From positions 1 through 64,000 of IMG/VR virus record IMGVR_UViG_3300043568_001227: DNA of 64,000 bases, one strand, 5' to 3'. Positions 1 through 10,966 of the stretch are shown here, one piece after another. Position 1 is the first letter of the stretch. Every line of letters begins with the position of its first letter. Source of the stretch: an uncultured virus (IMG/VR IMGVR_UViG_3300043568_001227) (Duplodnaviria > Heunggongvirae > Uroviricota > Caudoviricetes). Under the pieces are notes generated by a model that was not told the DNA's origin, did no database searches, and saw only the letters and a program-made list of their open reading frames with translations. Both the position numbers and the translations under genes were made by a program.

Positions 1-834
1 ATTCTCACCTGATGTTCCATTCTCTCCCGAAGTTCCGCTTTCACCTGAAGTTCCGCTTTCACCTGAAGTACCACTTAATCCGCTAGTACCGCTCTCACCC
101 GAAGTTCCATTCTCTCCCGAAGTTCCATTCTCTCCCGAAGTTCCGCTTTCACCTGAAGTTCCACTTAATCCGCTAGTTCCGCTTTCACCTGAAGTTCCAC
201 TTAATCCGCTAGTACCGCTCTCACCTGAAGTACCGCTCTCACCTGAAGTACCGCTCTCACCTGAAGTTCCATTCTCACCTGAAGTTCCATTCTCACCTGA
301 TGTTCCATTCTCTCCCGAAGTTCCGCTTTCACCTGAAGTTCCGCTTTCACCTGAAGTACCACTTAATCCGCTAGTACCGCTCTCACCCGAAGTTCCATTC
401 TCTCCCGAAGTTCCACTTTCACCCGAAGTTCCATTCTCTCCCGAAGTTCCATTCTCACCCGAAGTTCCATTCTCACCTGAAGTTCCATTCTCGCCTGAAG
501 TTCCATTCTCGCCTGAAGTTCCATTCTCGCCTGAAGTTCCATTCTCTCCTGAAGTTCCGCTTTCACCACTTGACCCTGAGGTTCCTGAAGTTCCTGAAGT
601 ACCAGTTCCACCACCTGAGGTTTTTAAGACTAAATCTAAGTCGGTAATACCACTAAGATACCAATATTCAACAATATCAGTTACTCCCGTTAAAATACCC
701 ACAGTTAATCCAATATATCTATTTGCGGTAATAACACTGGTGTTAGCAAATGTTGTACTAGAATATGGCCCAAACCTACTATCTAATGGTTTTGGTGAAA
801 AAGTTGTTAAATTATCATTTATTATAATACCCAT
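1..834 (-). CDS. Gly-X-Y repeat (GTSGEN) fibre-like protein, 3' end runs off the window; missing from the ORF track
   Basis: ATG at 834-832; manual translation MGIIINDNLTTFSPKPLDSRFGPY...RYIGLTVGI...VEYWYLSGITDLDLVLKTSGGG then GTSGENGTSGEN/GES repeats, open to position 1. Confidence 0.85.
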   Translation of the reverse strand, partial: MGIIINDNLTTFSPKPLDSRFGPYSSTTFANTSVITANRYIGLTVGILTGVTDIVEYWYLSGITDLDLVLKTSGGGTGTSGTSGTSGSSGESGTSGENGTSGENGTSGENGTSGENGTSGENGTSGENGTSGENGTSGESGTSGENGTSGESGTSGLSGTSGESGTSGESGTSGENGTSGENGTSGENGTSGESGTSGESGTSGESGTSGLSGTSGESGTSGLSGTSGESGTSGENGTSGENGTSGESGTSGLSGTSGESGTSGESGTSGENGTSGEN

Positions 835-838
835 ATCT

Positions 839-2002
839 TTAAGAATTTCTTAGTTGCATTACGCCCGTTGTAGTTGTTTGATAATTAGAAATATAAATAT
901 CAAAATTTATGCTACTCCAGTAGCTGCTAGGACTTGTAACCGATTGAATTATCGGTGACCCAAATAAATTACCACTTCCACCAATACCACCACTATTCAA
1001 TGAGTCAACAAACCAAACAGTTTTGTCAGTATAATTTGAAAAGTGAGCAAACCATAGATATTCGGACGATGCGGCGAATGTGATATTAATAGTTCCTGAT
1101 GCGGAAGATAGAACTTTATTTGCCGAGTTTGCTTGTATTGCACTTGAGATACTACTTGCGTTTGGTAATGTACTTGATACCCCATAGAAAAATGGATAGA
1201 TACCTGTATACGTCACCACCGAAGTTGCAAAATTATTTGACGAGTCTTGAGGTGCGTTAGTACTTCTAACTAACGGGGTTCGAGTATCATTAACACCTTT
1301 ATTATTTTTTTTAACAACTCCCGCAAGATAATTACCATCGGCATTATAAGTTGTTGTCGTAGACTGATTACCACCTGTTGGTGCTGGTATAGTATAACTA
1401 TCGGTATATGGGGATGGACTTATTGTGAATCCCGAATTTGGATTGTTTAAATCCGTATAACCGAATTGTGCTGGTATGTCTGTTGCCGATGAACTTGATA
1501 ATGTTGTGTCAGTTAAAATCGGTGTCCCATCTCTAAAAATCCTAAGTTGATTATAAATTCCTGCATCATTTTTAACCGCAGAAACCGTTATATTTGAGGT
1601 GAGATTTGACCCAACCTCAACAGTTGAATTTGATACACCTCCTATTGATATTGTTGGTATTGTATATGTTGGGGGTTCTGTCGGGAATAGTAACTCGTCA
1701 AACAACGAAACAAAAGTTTTACCCGATAATTGAGCAACGGTGGTTCCTCCTGATAATCCACCAACGGCACTTGCCATAGAAATCGTAGGGTCTAATAAGG
1801 TATTATAAGTTGTGTATAATACACCACCATCAACACCTAACCCCGTATTTGCCGAAATACTAATATTAGAACCCGTAAATGATGAAAAATATATTGCTTC
1901 AGTCCTTCCAGAACTTATAGGGTTATAATTAACGATTGCCAACAACGAGTCTGAATAACCTGTTGATGCTAAGGGGAGTGAGGATATTGGTAAATCTGCC
2001 AT
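839..2002 (-). CDS. Putative virion structural protein (Ser/Thr-rich, beta-rich)
   Basis: 387 aa; N-terminus MADLPISSLP resembles fibre N-terminal anchor motifs; preceded by TATTTATA. Confidence 0.55.
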   Translation of the reverse strand: MADLPISSLPLASTGYSDSLLAIVNYNPISSGRTEAIYFSSFTGSNISISANTGLGVDGGVLYTTYNTLLDPTISMASAVGGLSGGTTVAQLSGKTFVSLFDELLFPTEPPTYTIPTISIGGVSNSTVEVGSNLTSNITVSAVKNDAGIYNQLRIFRDGTPILTDTTLSSSSATDIPAQFGYTDLNNPNSGFTISPSPYTDSYTIPAPTGGNQSTTTTYNADGNYLAGVVKKNNKGVNDTRTPLVRSTNAPQDSSNNFATSVVTYTGIYPFFYGVSSTLPNASSISSAIQANSANKVLSSASGTINITFAASSEYLWFAHFSNYTDKTVWFVDSLNSGGIGGSGNLFGSPIIQSVTSPSSYWSSINFDIYISNYQTTTTGVMQLRNS

Positions 2003-2042
2003 AGTTTAGTTATAAATATTATACTTTAGATTATTGTGTTTA

Positions 2043-2636
2043 TTATGTAATGATTATTCTACCCCCATTTTCTTGTAAGATTAGGAATAAATCTTCTTGT
2101 GATAGGTAGTTACTCCCTGTTGTTGGTGTAGGTGTCGGAGTTGGCGTTGGTCCAGGTGGTGTAGGTGTAGGACATGTGTTATTAATACAAGGTAAACCAA
2201 TAGTAATTGTAACATCAGACCCCGCAACTGGTTGACTACCACAATAATAAACCGAAGTTCCTGAATATACCACAGTGTTTAATATAGTACCATCACACTG
2301 TGTTAAACTAATTGGGTAATTTAGATTACCATATAAATTGTTAAATCCAATACAATCACAATCACCATGTGTTGGTGATGGTGTCGGTGTTGGTGTTGGT
2401 GTCGGTGTTGGTGTGGGAGTAATACAAGATATTATTTGGAAATAATCACACGACGTACTATCGGTTACTTTTAATATTATTTGGGCTGCAGGTTGTAATA
2501 ATGTTGGTACTGTAACGGTAATTGGAGCTGAAGAAACACCTGTCGCAACTACATAGCAATAAGTTAACGTAACATCACAAATTGTAATGGTATACGGACT
2601 AACACCAGTAAACGAAAGTATTTCAATTGATTGCAT
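2043..2636 (-). CDS. Cys-rich protein with Pro-Thr linkers, putative virion adaptor; paralogue of 30685-30987
   Basis: Two (TP)n tracts; C-terminal YLSQEDLFLILQENGGRI motif; N-terminal 70 aa align with 30685-30987. Confidence 0.55.
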   Translation of the reverse strand: MQSIEILSFTGVSPYTITICDVTLTYCYVVATGVSSAPITVTVPTLLQPAAQIILKVTDSTSCDYFQIISCITPTPTPTPTPTPTPSPTHGDCDCIGFNNLYGNLNYPISLTQCDGTILNTVVYSGTSVYYCGSQPVAGSDVTITIGLPCINNTCPTPTPPGPTPTPTPTPTTGSNYLSQEDLFLILQENGGRIIIT

Positions 2637-2728
2637 TACTATAAATATACACCTGAACGGTTTACCATAAATAGATAATTAACTAAACTTGGGGTATAAT
2701 TTTTGAGTTTTTATTTTATATTTTACTT

Positions 2729-3670
2729 ATGAAAAAAATATGTCTTGATTTATCGGAAGCAAAGGCAATCGGGGATACCCTTTGCTCAACCCCCGTACTT
2801 AGAAAACTACATCAATCATATGACTCAAAAGTTACCGTTGTAACTAATTTCCCTGAATTATTTAAAAATCATCCTTTGGTTGAAAAGGTTTACCACTCGA
2901 ATTCGGTTAATTTAGATTTCATTAAATCTAATTTTATAACTCATAATTCATTTTATGAGAATGGACAAAAAAATAACCGAGGAGTTGAGTTTAAACATAA
3001 CCGTATTGACATTAGACAATATCACGCAATTAAACTTGGTTTTATGTTAACCAAAGATGAAATGAATATTGATTATATTCCTGATGAGTATGAACCAATT
3101 AAAGGATTACCTGAGAAATATGTACTAATACACCCCGTCCAAAATTGGCCAAGCAGAACTTGGGATGCGGTTAAATGGATGGAATTAAGTAAAAAATTAA
3201 ACGACCATAATATTAGTGTAATTTCAGTTGGTAAAGACTCAAGTGAGGTTGGATTTTTTAATGTTAAAAAACCAATTTTTAATTTTGAGATTAAAAATGG
3301 CCTTAATTTAATGAATAAAACCACATTAAGTCAATCGTGGCATTTAATTAATAAATCATTGTGTTTTGTCACAATGGATTCAGGATTACTTCATTTAGCA
3401 GGAACAACTGATTCAGAAATCATTCAATTAGGAAGTTCTATCAATTACGAATTTAGAGCCCCATATCGAAATAATTCACAAGAATATAAATACCATTATG
3501 TTGGTGGTGGTTGTAGTCTGTTTTGTGGTTCAGATATAAAATACGGAGTTAAAGAATGGGGGGATATCCAAGGGGTACCACCTTTAATTAATTGTTTAGA
3601 AAATAAACCAACATTTGAGTGCCATCCCTCAGTTGAGCAAGTGTTTAATAAAATTTTAGAAATTATATGA
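2729..3670 (+). CDS. Glycosyltransferase family 9 (heptosyltransferase-like)
   Basis: AIGDTLCSTPVLRKL, VLIHP, FVTMDSGLLHLAG motifs; Cys-rich C-terminus. Confidence 0.85.
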   Translation: MKKICLDLSEAKAIGDTLCSTPVLRKLHQSYDSKVTVVTNFPELFKNHPLVEKVYHSNSVNLDFIKSNFITHNSFYENGQKNNRGVEFKHNRIDIRQYHAIKLGFMLTKDEMNIDYIPDEYEPIKGLPEKYVLIHPVQNWPSRTWDAVKWMELSKKLNDHNISVISVGKDSSEVGFFNVKKPIFNFEIKNGLNLMNKTTLSQSWHLINKSLCFVTMDSGLLHLAGTTDSEIIQLGSSINYEFRAPYRNNSQEYKYHYVGGGCSLFCGSDIKYGVKEWGDIQGVPPLINCLENKPTFECHPSVEQVFNKILEII

Positions 3671-4692
3671 AAATAGGAATATTACTTTCCGCATACAACT
3701 CCGAAGAATATATTGATGAGTGTTTACGTCCTTGGATAAACTTAAAAAATGAATTAGACATTACTATTGGTTGTAATAGTGGTATGTACCAGGAATATAT
3801 TAATTTTGGATTTAAACCAAAGAATAAAGAGACTCTAACTAAATTAATAAATTATGAATTAGACTTTTTAATCACCACAGGAATGAAATCATTGTTTGGT
3901 GAAAATGAGAGTAAGAATAATGTTTTACATGTCTTAAAGAATAATTGTGATTTAGTTTGGATTGTGGATTCTGATGAGTTTTACACCGAAGACGAAATTA
4001 GAAATATTTTAAATTTTATTCAGGAAACACCTCAATACGATTGGTATTCGGTTAACCTTAAAAATTACACATTTACAAAACAGTTATGGGTGGATGGTTT
4101 CTGTCCACCAAGAATTTTTAGAACCAATAGGAATGGAGGGATAACTCATTTTTATTTTGACAACCATATCTTATATAACGATGGTGAAACTTTTGAATCT
4201 AAACCAACAATTTCGATACCAAGAGATATTGCATGGGTTAAACATTATTCTTGGTTAAATGAGGATAGTAGGTCTAAAGAAAAAATCAGTTACCAACAAC
4301 AAAGATTTGTCGGTGGTTGTTCATTTATTTGGGACGATAAAACCAACTCTTTAAAATATTCAGAAAACTTTTACGAAAGTCGTGGTTTGGAAAAACCAAT
4401 TTTACACGAATCAATTGATATCTCCTCAAATGAATTTACAATTGATTTTATTAGAAATGAGAATAAATTTTATATTAAAAATATAACTAAACCACAATCA
4501 CTAAATTTTAGATTTTTTGATGGACAGACAGGGGACCAAATTTATGAAACATTTTTAAACATTCTACCCAAAACAACTTATTTTGTGTGGCCGTCATCAA
4601 TTATATTTCACGAAATTAATGAGTTCAAAAAATTCAGAGTTGAGGTGACATTAAACAAACAAATAATCCATAACGAATTTATACACATATAA
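3667..4692 (+). CDS. GT-A fold (GT2-like) glycosyltransferase with C-terminal accessory domain
   Basis: ILLSAYNSEEYI start, WIVDSDEF DxD motif, PRIFR, KHYSW. Confidence 0.75.
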   Translation: MKIGILLSAYNSEEYIDECLRPWINLKNELDITIGCNSGMYQEYINFGFKPKNKETLTKLINYELDFLITTGMKSLFGENESKNNVLHVLKNNCDLVWIVDSDEFYTEDEIRNILNFIQETPQYDWYSVNLKNYTFTKQLWVDGFCPPRIFRTNRNGGITHFYFDNHILYNDGETFESKPTISIPRDIAWVKHYSWLNEDSRSKEKISYQQQRFVGGCSFIWDDKTNSLKYSENFYESRGLEKPILHESIDISSNEFTIDFIRNENKFYIKNITKPQSLNFRFFDGQTGDQIYETFLNILPKTTYFVWPSSIIFHEINEFKKFRVEVTLNKQIIHNEFIHI

Positions 4693-4693
4693 T

Positions 4694-5647
4694 ATGAATA
4701 ATATTTTTACAGTAACTAATATTGAAGAGAATGGTATAATCCATTTTGACTTTAATGGTGATGACATAAAAGAAATATACGAGGTCTCAATTATTGATAA
4801 CAATACGGGATTAACCGTACATAAATCAAACATGGGGTTACGAAAAGGAACCAATTGGTGGATATCGACTGGTGAATCTAACGCAAAAAGACTTAGAAAC
4901 ATAACCTTATCCATTATGTATGGTGACCTACAATATTCTCAGGAATTAAAACTATTTGGTCAAAATAGATTTTTAGTAATTAACTCAAAACAAGTTAAAT
5001 TATCTCACTTGGGGGATGATTTATTTCCAATTGTTACTGAGATTTTTTACGATAAAGTATATGAGAGGGATTTTGTTAGACTTAGCATCAATGATACGGT
5101 TGTTGATATTGGGGCGAATTACGGAGTATTCTCATTATACTCACAAATGTTTAACCCATCTAACGTTTATGCGGTAGAACCTCTTAAGGCTACATTTAAA
5201 AGTATGAAAAAGAATCTTTCCGAACACGGAGTAACTTGTATTAATAAGGCGGTTAGTAATGAGAATGGGTTTGAGAAATTTATGATAACCGAAGTTAATG
5301 GTAATAATTTTTCACAAAAAAACGAAAGTGGGTTTCACCCATCAACAGTGATTGGTGAAGAGATTGTTGAGACTATCACTATTAACCAATTAATTTCTGA
5401 CTACGATATCGACAGAATTGATTTTTTAAAAGTTGATTGTGAAGGTGGTGAGTTGGATTTATTCCGAACAATTGATAAAGAATATTTACAAAATAATATT
5501 GGTAAAATTGCAATGGAATACCACTCAAAAGAAATTTACGATGAAGTTTTAGATATACTAAAATCAAACAACTTTATAATTGAGGATACTTTAGGGTCTA
5601 ACGATATCGGATTAATTTACGCATATAATATTAATTTAATAAAATAA
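4694..5647 (+). CDS. FkbM-family SAM methyltransferase
   Basis: VVDIGANYGVFS, YAVEP, IDFLKVDCEGGE. Confidence 0.9.
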   Translation: MNNIFTVTNIEENGIIHFDFNGDDIKEIYEVSIIDNNTGLTVHKSNMGLRKGTNWWISTGESNAKRLRNITLSIMYGDLQYSQELKLFGQNRFLVINSKQVKLSHLGDDLFPIVTEIFYDKVYERDFVRLSINDTVVDIGANYGVFSLYSQMFNPSNVYAVEPLKATFKSMKKNLSEHGVTCINKAVSNENGFEKFMITEVNGNNFSQKNESGFHPSTVIGEEIVETITINQLISDYDIDRIDFLKVDCEGGELDLFRTIDKEYLQNNIGKIAMEYHSKEIYDEVLDILKSNNFIIEDTLGSNDIGLIYAYNINLIK

Positions 5648-8334
5648 TGAAAAAGAAAAAAATATTAGTTGTTTCTCCTCATTTAAGTACTGGAGGAGCG
5701 CCTCAAGTCACATTAAATAAAATACAATTAATTAACAATGAATATGAAATCAAATGTGTTGAGTACGCATTTGTTGCTTGGACGTTTGTCGTTCAAAGAA
5801 ATCAAATACAAGAATTACTTGGTGATAATTTCCATTCTTTAGGGGAAGATAAAAACGAGTTAATTAGAATTGTTAATGAGTTTAAACCTGATGTTGTTAG
5901 TATGGAAGAATTTCCTGAATTTTTCATGGATGATTCTGTCACAAAAGAATTATATAGGGAAGATAGGGAATACACAATATTTGAAACCACACATGATTCT
6001 AGTTTTTCTGTTTCACATAAAAGATGGTTCCCCGATAAATTTATATTCGTAAGTGCGTATAACGCATTTAGATATTCTATATATGATATTCCGTATGACA
6101 TTGTTGAATACCCTGTAGACTATAAAGAAAAAAATAAAAAACAAAACCAAGAATTATTAGATTTAGACCCAACATATAAACATGTTTTAAATGTTGGATT
6201 GTTCACGGCAAGAAAAAATCAATCCTATATTTTTGACATCGCACATAAATTAAAGGATTATAAAATAAAATTTCATTTTTTGGGTAATCAGGCCGAAAAC
6301 TTCCAATCATATTGGGGTCCGTTGATTAAAAATAAACCTGATAACTGCGTTGTTTGGGGAGAAAGAAAAGACGTACAATCATTTATTGAAGCGTCGGACT
6401 TATTCTTGTTTCCTTCAAAAGGTGACAGAAACAATAAAGAATTAAACCCAATCGCCTTAAAAGAGGCTTTGGAGTATAGAATCCCAATGATGATGTATAA
6501 CTTGGATGTTTATTGTGGAAAATACGATAAGTACGAAAATATAACATTTTTAACAGGAGATATTAATCATGATACATCAAAATTACTATCATTATTAAAT
6601 CCTTATAAAGAAAAATATGATAATAATGAGTTAGTTATTGTTGGTACTTATCCGAATACTAAATCACGAGAAAAATTAACTATCGAATGTATTAAGTCTG
6701 TTAAAAAATTAGGTCGAAAAGTAATGTTGGTTTCTCATTATCCAGTGTCGAACGATATTCAAAAAATGGTCGACTATTATATTTTTGATTCAAATAACCC
6801 AACAACAGAACATTCTTATTATACTAAGTTTTATAATTATAAATCAGAGTTTGATGTTGAGATTAACATTAACGGATTAAAAGATACTAACCAATCATTA
6901 CCTGTTTTAACTAATTTAATTAATGGGTTTAAATCCGCAAAAGATTTTAATTTTAATAAAGTATTTTACATAACCTACGATGTTATATTACATCATGATG
7001 ATATTGAATATGTTAATCAATCATTTAAATTGTTGGATGAAAAAGACGCATTCTTATGTACTTTACCTACGGCGTTTAATGTTGGTATTGAGACTACCGC
7101 AATGACGTTTAAAACTGATTTCTTTTTAGAAAAATTTTCACATATAATAACTAAAGAAATTTACAAATCAGAATGTAGAATAAATAATTGTCAAAACTTC
7201 TTAGAGGATTTCTTTTATAAGAAATTAATTCACGAACCAACAGTTAATGTCATTACAAATGATAGTCATACATTCTTAATTAATTCAGGTAAAGGAGTCT
7301 CATCTAATTCAGAATACTATTCTATATTACCAATTATTAATAACGAGAATAAATGGGTGTTTTATTTCTACACATATAATATTGATGACAGAACAGTTAG
7401 TGTTGAGATTAATAAAAATAACGAAACCATTTATTCTAAATCATTTAATATTCTACAAACCCGAGAATTCTTAAAAGAAATTGACTACGATGGAGTTCCA
7501 ATAGAGATTAAGTTAACCTTTTTTGAGGGTGGAGTTCAATATAAATCAGAATCTTACATATTAAATAATGAAACAATAATTAGTTACAAAAATAATGGAT
7601 GGTTTAAGTATAAACGATTACCTAAAATTAAATTAGTTCATTTACAAACAACAAATAACGATGAGAGAGAAATCTTATCAAGAGAGTCGTTACAACAAGT
7701 ATCAAAATACGGTATTGAATATGTTTTACATACAAATGAACTATACAAATCTATACCTCCATCACATAATTGTGTTAGACCACAATGTGTGTCTATGGAA
7801 CTTTTTGATGAAGAGACAACAAACCGACTAGGTACTGCACTAACACCAGCACATTACGGATGTTTTGAATCATTTAAAAATGGTATTATATCTGAATTCG
7901 ATAAAGATTTGGATTTCTTAATTGTTTGTGAGGGAGACTGTTTAATTGAGGTCCCTATTGAGGAATTCATTGATAAAGTTAAACAAGTGTGTGATACCGT
8001 TATCGAATCGGACATACAATATTTTTCATTTGGGGACACTAAAACATTAGACTTCGCTTGGCATCAATCAAATGTGATTAAAGAAATCCCGAACCAAGAC
8101 TTGTTGTTTATTACTGATAAAATTATTGGGTTACAATGTATTATGTTCCCAAGAAAAACTAGAGAATTCTTATACGAACAATTACGTAATCATAAGTGGG
8201 ATTGTGCTGACTCATATTTCAACCTTATTTTTATCGAACATGGGTTAAATATGGGTATTCTAAAAAACAGAATTACAACTCAAGCTGATGGAGTGTCATT
8301 AATCGATAAGGAATTTAAAACATTTATTAAGTAA
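5647..8334 (+). CDS. Multidomain glycosyltransferase (GT4-like + uncharacterised SHYP domain + GT25-like)
   Basis: PHLSTGGAPQV, NVGLFTARKNQ, DLFLFPS...ELNPIALKEAL (GT-B); middle VMLVSHYPVS; C-terminal AHYGCFESF...LIVCEGD. Confidence 0.75.
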   Translation: MKKKKILVVSPHLSTGGAPQVTLNKIQLINNEYEIKCVEYAFVAWTFVVQRNQIQELLGDNFHSLGEDKNELIRIVNEFKPDVVSMEEFPEFFMDDSVTKELYREDREYTIFETTHDSSFSVSHKRWFPDKFIFVSAYNAFRYSIYDIPYDIVEYPVDYKEKNKKQNQELLDLDPTYKHVLNVGLFTARKNQSYIFDIAHKLKDYKIKFHFLGNQAENFQSYWGPLIKNKPDNCVVWGERKDVQSFIEASDLFLFPSKGDRNNKELNPIALKEALEYRIPMMMYNLDVYCGKYDKYENITFLTGDINHDTSKLLSLLNPYKEKYDNNELVIVGTYPNTKSREKLTIECIKSVKKLGRKVMLVSHYPVSNDIQKMVDYYIFDSNNPTTEHSYYTKFYNYKSEFDVEININGLKDTNQSLPVLTNLINGFKSAKDFNFNKVFYITYDVILHHDDIEYVNQSFKLLDEKDAFLCTLPTAFNVGIETTAMTFKTDFFLEKFSHIITKEIYKSECRINNCQNFLEDFFYKKLIHEPTVNVITNDSHTFLINSGKGVSSNSEYYSILPIINNENKWVFYFYTYNIDDRTVSVEINKNNETIYSKSFNILQTREFLKEIDYDGVPIEIKLTFFEGGVQYKSESYILNNETIISYKNNGWFKYKRLPKIKLVHLQTTNNDEREILSRESLQQVSKYGIEYVLHTNELYKSIPPSHNCVRPQCVSMELFDEETTNRLGTALTPAHYGCFESFKNGIISEFDKDLDFLIVCEGDCLIEVPIEEFIDKVKQVCDTVIESDIQYFSFGDTKTLDFAWHQSNVIKEIPNQDLLFITDKIIGLQCIMFPRKTREFLYEQLRNHKWDCADSYFNLIFIEHGLNMGILKNRITTQADGVSLIDKEFKTFIK

Positions 8335-9311
8335 TGAAAAAATTAATAGTTATCGGAGCATACCCGAATACACCAAAAAAAGAACAAGTTCTAATTAATG
8401 AAATAAACTCATTAAAAAATAGTGGTTTTGATTTTATGTTAGTTAGTCATTACCCTGTATCAATTGAATTACAATCAATGGTTGAGTATTATATTTACGA
8501 TAAAAACCAAACTTTAACACCATTAGATAAATCACCGTATTATTGGTTTAAAACCGACTCTTTTTTCTTAAGGGTTAATAACTCAAGACATTCGTTACCG
8601 ATTTGTCAAAATATGTTTAACGCATTTAAATTTGCCGATATAAAAAAATACGATTTTGTTTATTTTATTGAGAATGATAATTTATTCTCGGAAAATGATG
8701 TTACAAAATTAAATCAATTGGTTGATACTATGGTTGAGGAAAGAAAGAAATGTATTTTCTTTAAACCTGAGGGGTATAGAGATAGTGGGTCTTATGTTTA
8801 TGAGACACAACTATTCGGGATTACACCTTCCTACTTTAATGAAATTTTAAAATTACCTGTCACAGAAAATGAGTGGTACGAACACTTAATGCCGTTAACA
8901 TTAGAGTTGGCGTTTTTCCAAAAATTACAACATTATGAGCATGAGTTTTTAATAATCAACGAACACTCAAGTGAGTATTTTAATGAAAGTGATATTAATT
9001 TATTTAGGGTTGAGAATTTTATGATTGAGGTATTACATAACGTTAAAGACCCATCAACACCAATATTATATTGTCACAGTGGTGTCAGAAATTCATATGA
9101 ATATCGAGTCGTTGTTAAAATGAATAATAAAGTCATTACAGATAAAATTGTTTATCCTACACATTGGTTTTATATACCACTATCTTTAAGAGACGATAAA
9201 TTAATAATTGAGGTGTACGAAAATGATACAATAGAATATGTGAAAACATTAGTATTAAATGAGGATAGTTTAGAACAAATAAAAGAAAAAGGATTAATTG
9301 AATTTAATTAA
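8334..9311 (+). CDS. Uncharacterised glycosylation-cluster protein, paralogue of the middle domain of 5647-8334
   Basis: IVIGAYPNT...FMLVSHYPVS...VEYYIYD...VYFIEND. Confidence 0.55.
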   Translation: MKKLIVIGAYPNTPKKEQVLINEINSLKNSGFDFMLVSHYPVSIELQSMVEYYIYDKNQTLTPLDKSPYYWFKTDSFFLRVNNSRHSLPICQNMFNAFKFADIKKYDFVYFIENDNLFSENDVTKLNQLVDTMVEERKKCIFFKPEGYRDSGSYVYETQLFGITPSYFNEILKLPVTENEWYEHLMPLTLELAFFQKLQHYEHEFLIINEHSSEYFNESDINLFRVENFMIEVLHNVKDPSTPILYCHSGVRNSYEYRVVVKMNNKVITDKIVYPTHWFYIPLSLRDDKLIIEVYENDTIEYVKTLVLNEDSLEQIKEKGLIEFN

Positions 9312-9974
9312 ATGAAAAGAGATATTAGATTAGTTAGTATATTTAATAAACCAATGGTGGTATTTGATGGCCCTGAATGTATTTCAGATGACATAGTAAA
9401 ATACAATAATTTTTGGGAATTTAAGATTGTTAACAAATGGTTACATTTTTTTCCTAAAAACGGTCTTTATCTGGATATTGGGGCTAACATAGGTAATCAC
9501 TGCGTACAATTAAAACATTATTTACCAAATATATCTATTTGGGCTTTTGAGCCGTATTTTGAAAATTATGAATTACTTAGATTAAACACTAAACAATTGG
9601 ATAACGTACATTGTTTTTGTTTAGGTGTTGGTAGTTGTAATTCCATGGTACATTTCGACAATGGTCATGACTCTAATAGTGGTGTTGTTAAAGTAGTTGA
9701 GTATAGTAATAACACTAATTTAGTAATTTCTTTAGATACATTTAATTTACCCGAACCCGTTAAGTTTATTAAAATTGATGTTGAGGGATTTGAAAAATCT
9801 TCGTTTGAAGGAATGGTTAATTTATTAGAAAAAGATAAACCGATGATTTGGTTAGAAGATATTGGTGGGGACGCGGTCACGTTTTTACTAATGAAAGATT
9901 ATATCATTGTCGATTCTCAGGAAGAGAGTAGAGATTATTTAATGGTTCACATAACCAACAAACACAAATATTAA
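9312..9974 (+). CDS. FkbM-family SAM methyltransferase
   Basis: YLDIGANIGNH, WAFEP, FIKIDVEGFE. Confidence 0.9.
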   Translation: MKRDIRLVSIFNKPMVVFDGPECISDDIVKYNNFWEFKIVNKWLHFFPKNGLYLDIGANIGNHCVQLKHYLPNISIWAFEPYFENYELLRLNTKQLDNVHCFCLGVGSCNSMVHFDNGHDSNSGVVKVVEYSNNTNLVISLDTFNLPEPVKFIKIDVEGFEKSSFEGMVNLLEKDKPMIWLEDIGGDAVTFLLMKDYIIVDSQEESRDYLMVHITNKHKY

Positions 9975-9975
9975 A

Positions 9976-10965
9976 ATGAAATCAATTTGTTTAGTCGCGT
10001 CTCACACACCAACAAAAGAAAAACAAGATGCGTTAAGAAATTTAATTAGAAAATTAAAAAAAGAAAAAAAGGACATTTTTCTAATAACCCATAGTTTTAC
10101 CCCATCTGACATTATATCTGATGTTAACTATCATTTTTATGATAGTGAAAACGAATTTGTCGACGAAGACAATTTAAAAGGATGGGGTCACATTGAACTT
10201 TTTGGAAATACCTTGGTAAGTAAAGATGTTATAAAACAATCAACATCAATTTTACCTTGTACTAGAAATCTATTCTTTGGGATGTTTATTTCTAAAATGT
10301 TGGGGTATAATGTATTACATTATATTGAATACGATTCGGAAATAACCGACATTAAAGTTATTGATAATAATGACGTTTTACTTAAAGATTATGATTGTGT
10401 TTATTATTTAACAAAACGAGGGTTCGACGGGGATTCAGACCATTTATTTGGCCCATACTCAGCATATAACCTTAATTCATATACGTATGATGAATTGTTG
10501 TGGAATCGAGAAAAAATTTTACACGAGTTTTCAAAAGAAGATAATAATCTTTTAGTTGAGAAGGTATCAGAATCTTTATTAATTAATAATAAAAATTTTA
10601 TATCATTTGATAAGTCAGAATTATTAAACCAAGGGCTAAATGCCGATACCATTAAAAGTAATACAGATTCTCCTGTAGTGTTTAAGACATTATTTTATGA
10701 TGACAATAAACTACATGTGTATTGTAATAATAGTAACCCAAATAAAATTAACGAAAATATTGACATTATCATTAACGATAACACCTATTTAAATATTCCT
10801 ATGATAAAACCAAACACGTTTCATTTTAGAACTATTGGTGAATTAAAGGACATTAAAAAAGTAAAATTATATTCAAATAATATATTAATATTTGAATATC
10901 AATTAGATGATGATGAAGTTATTGAAAAATTTAAAAAAAATAACAAATTAATTAAAAATAATTAA
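9976..10965 (+). CDS. Uncharacterised glycosylation-cluster protein (third SHYP/THS-type paralogue)
   Basis: IFLITHS...VNYHFYDSEN...LHYIEYD. Confidence 0.5.
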   Translation: MKSICLVASHTPTKEKQDALRNLIRKLKKEKKDIFLITHSFTPSDIISDVNYHFYDSENEFVDEDNLKGWGHIELFGNTLVSKDVIKQSTSILPCTRNLFFGMFISKMLGYNVLHYIEYDSEITDIKVIDNNDVLLKDYDCVYYLTKRGFDGDSDHLFGPYSAYNLNSYTYDELLWNREKILHEFSKEDNNLLVEKVSESLLINNKNFISFDKSELLNQGLNADTIKSNTDSPVVFKTLFYDDNKLHVYCNNSNPNKINENIDIIINDNTYLNIPMIKPNTFHFRTIGELKDIKKVKLYSNNILIFEYQLDDDEVIEKFKKNNKLIKNN

Positions 10966-10966
10966 T

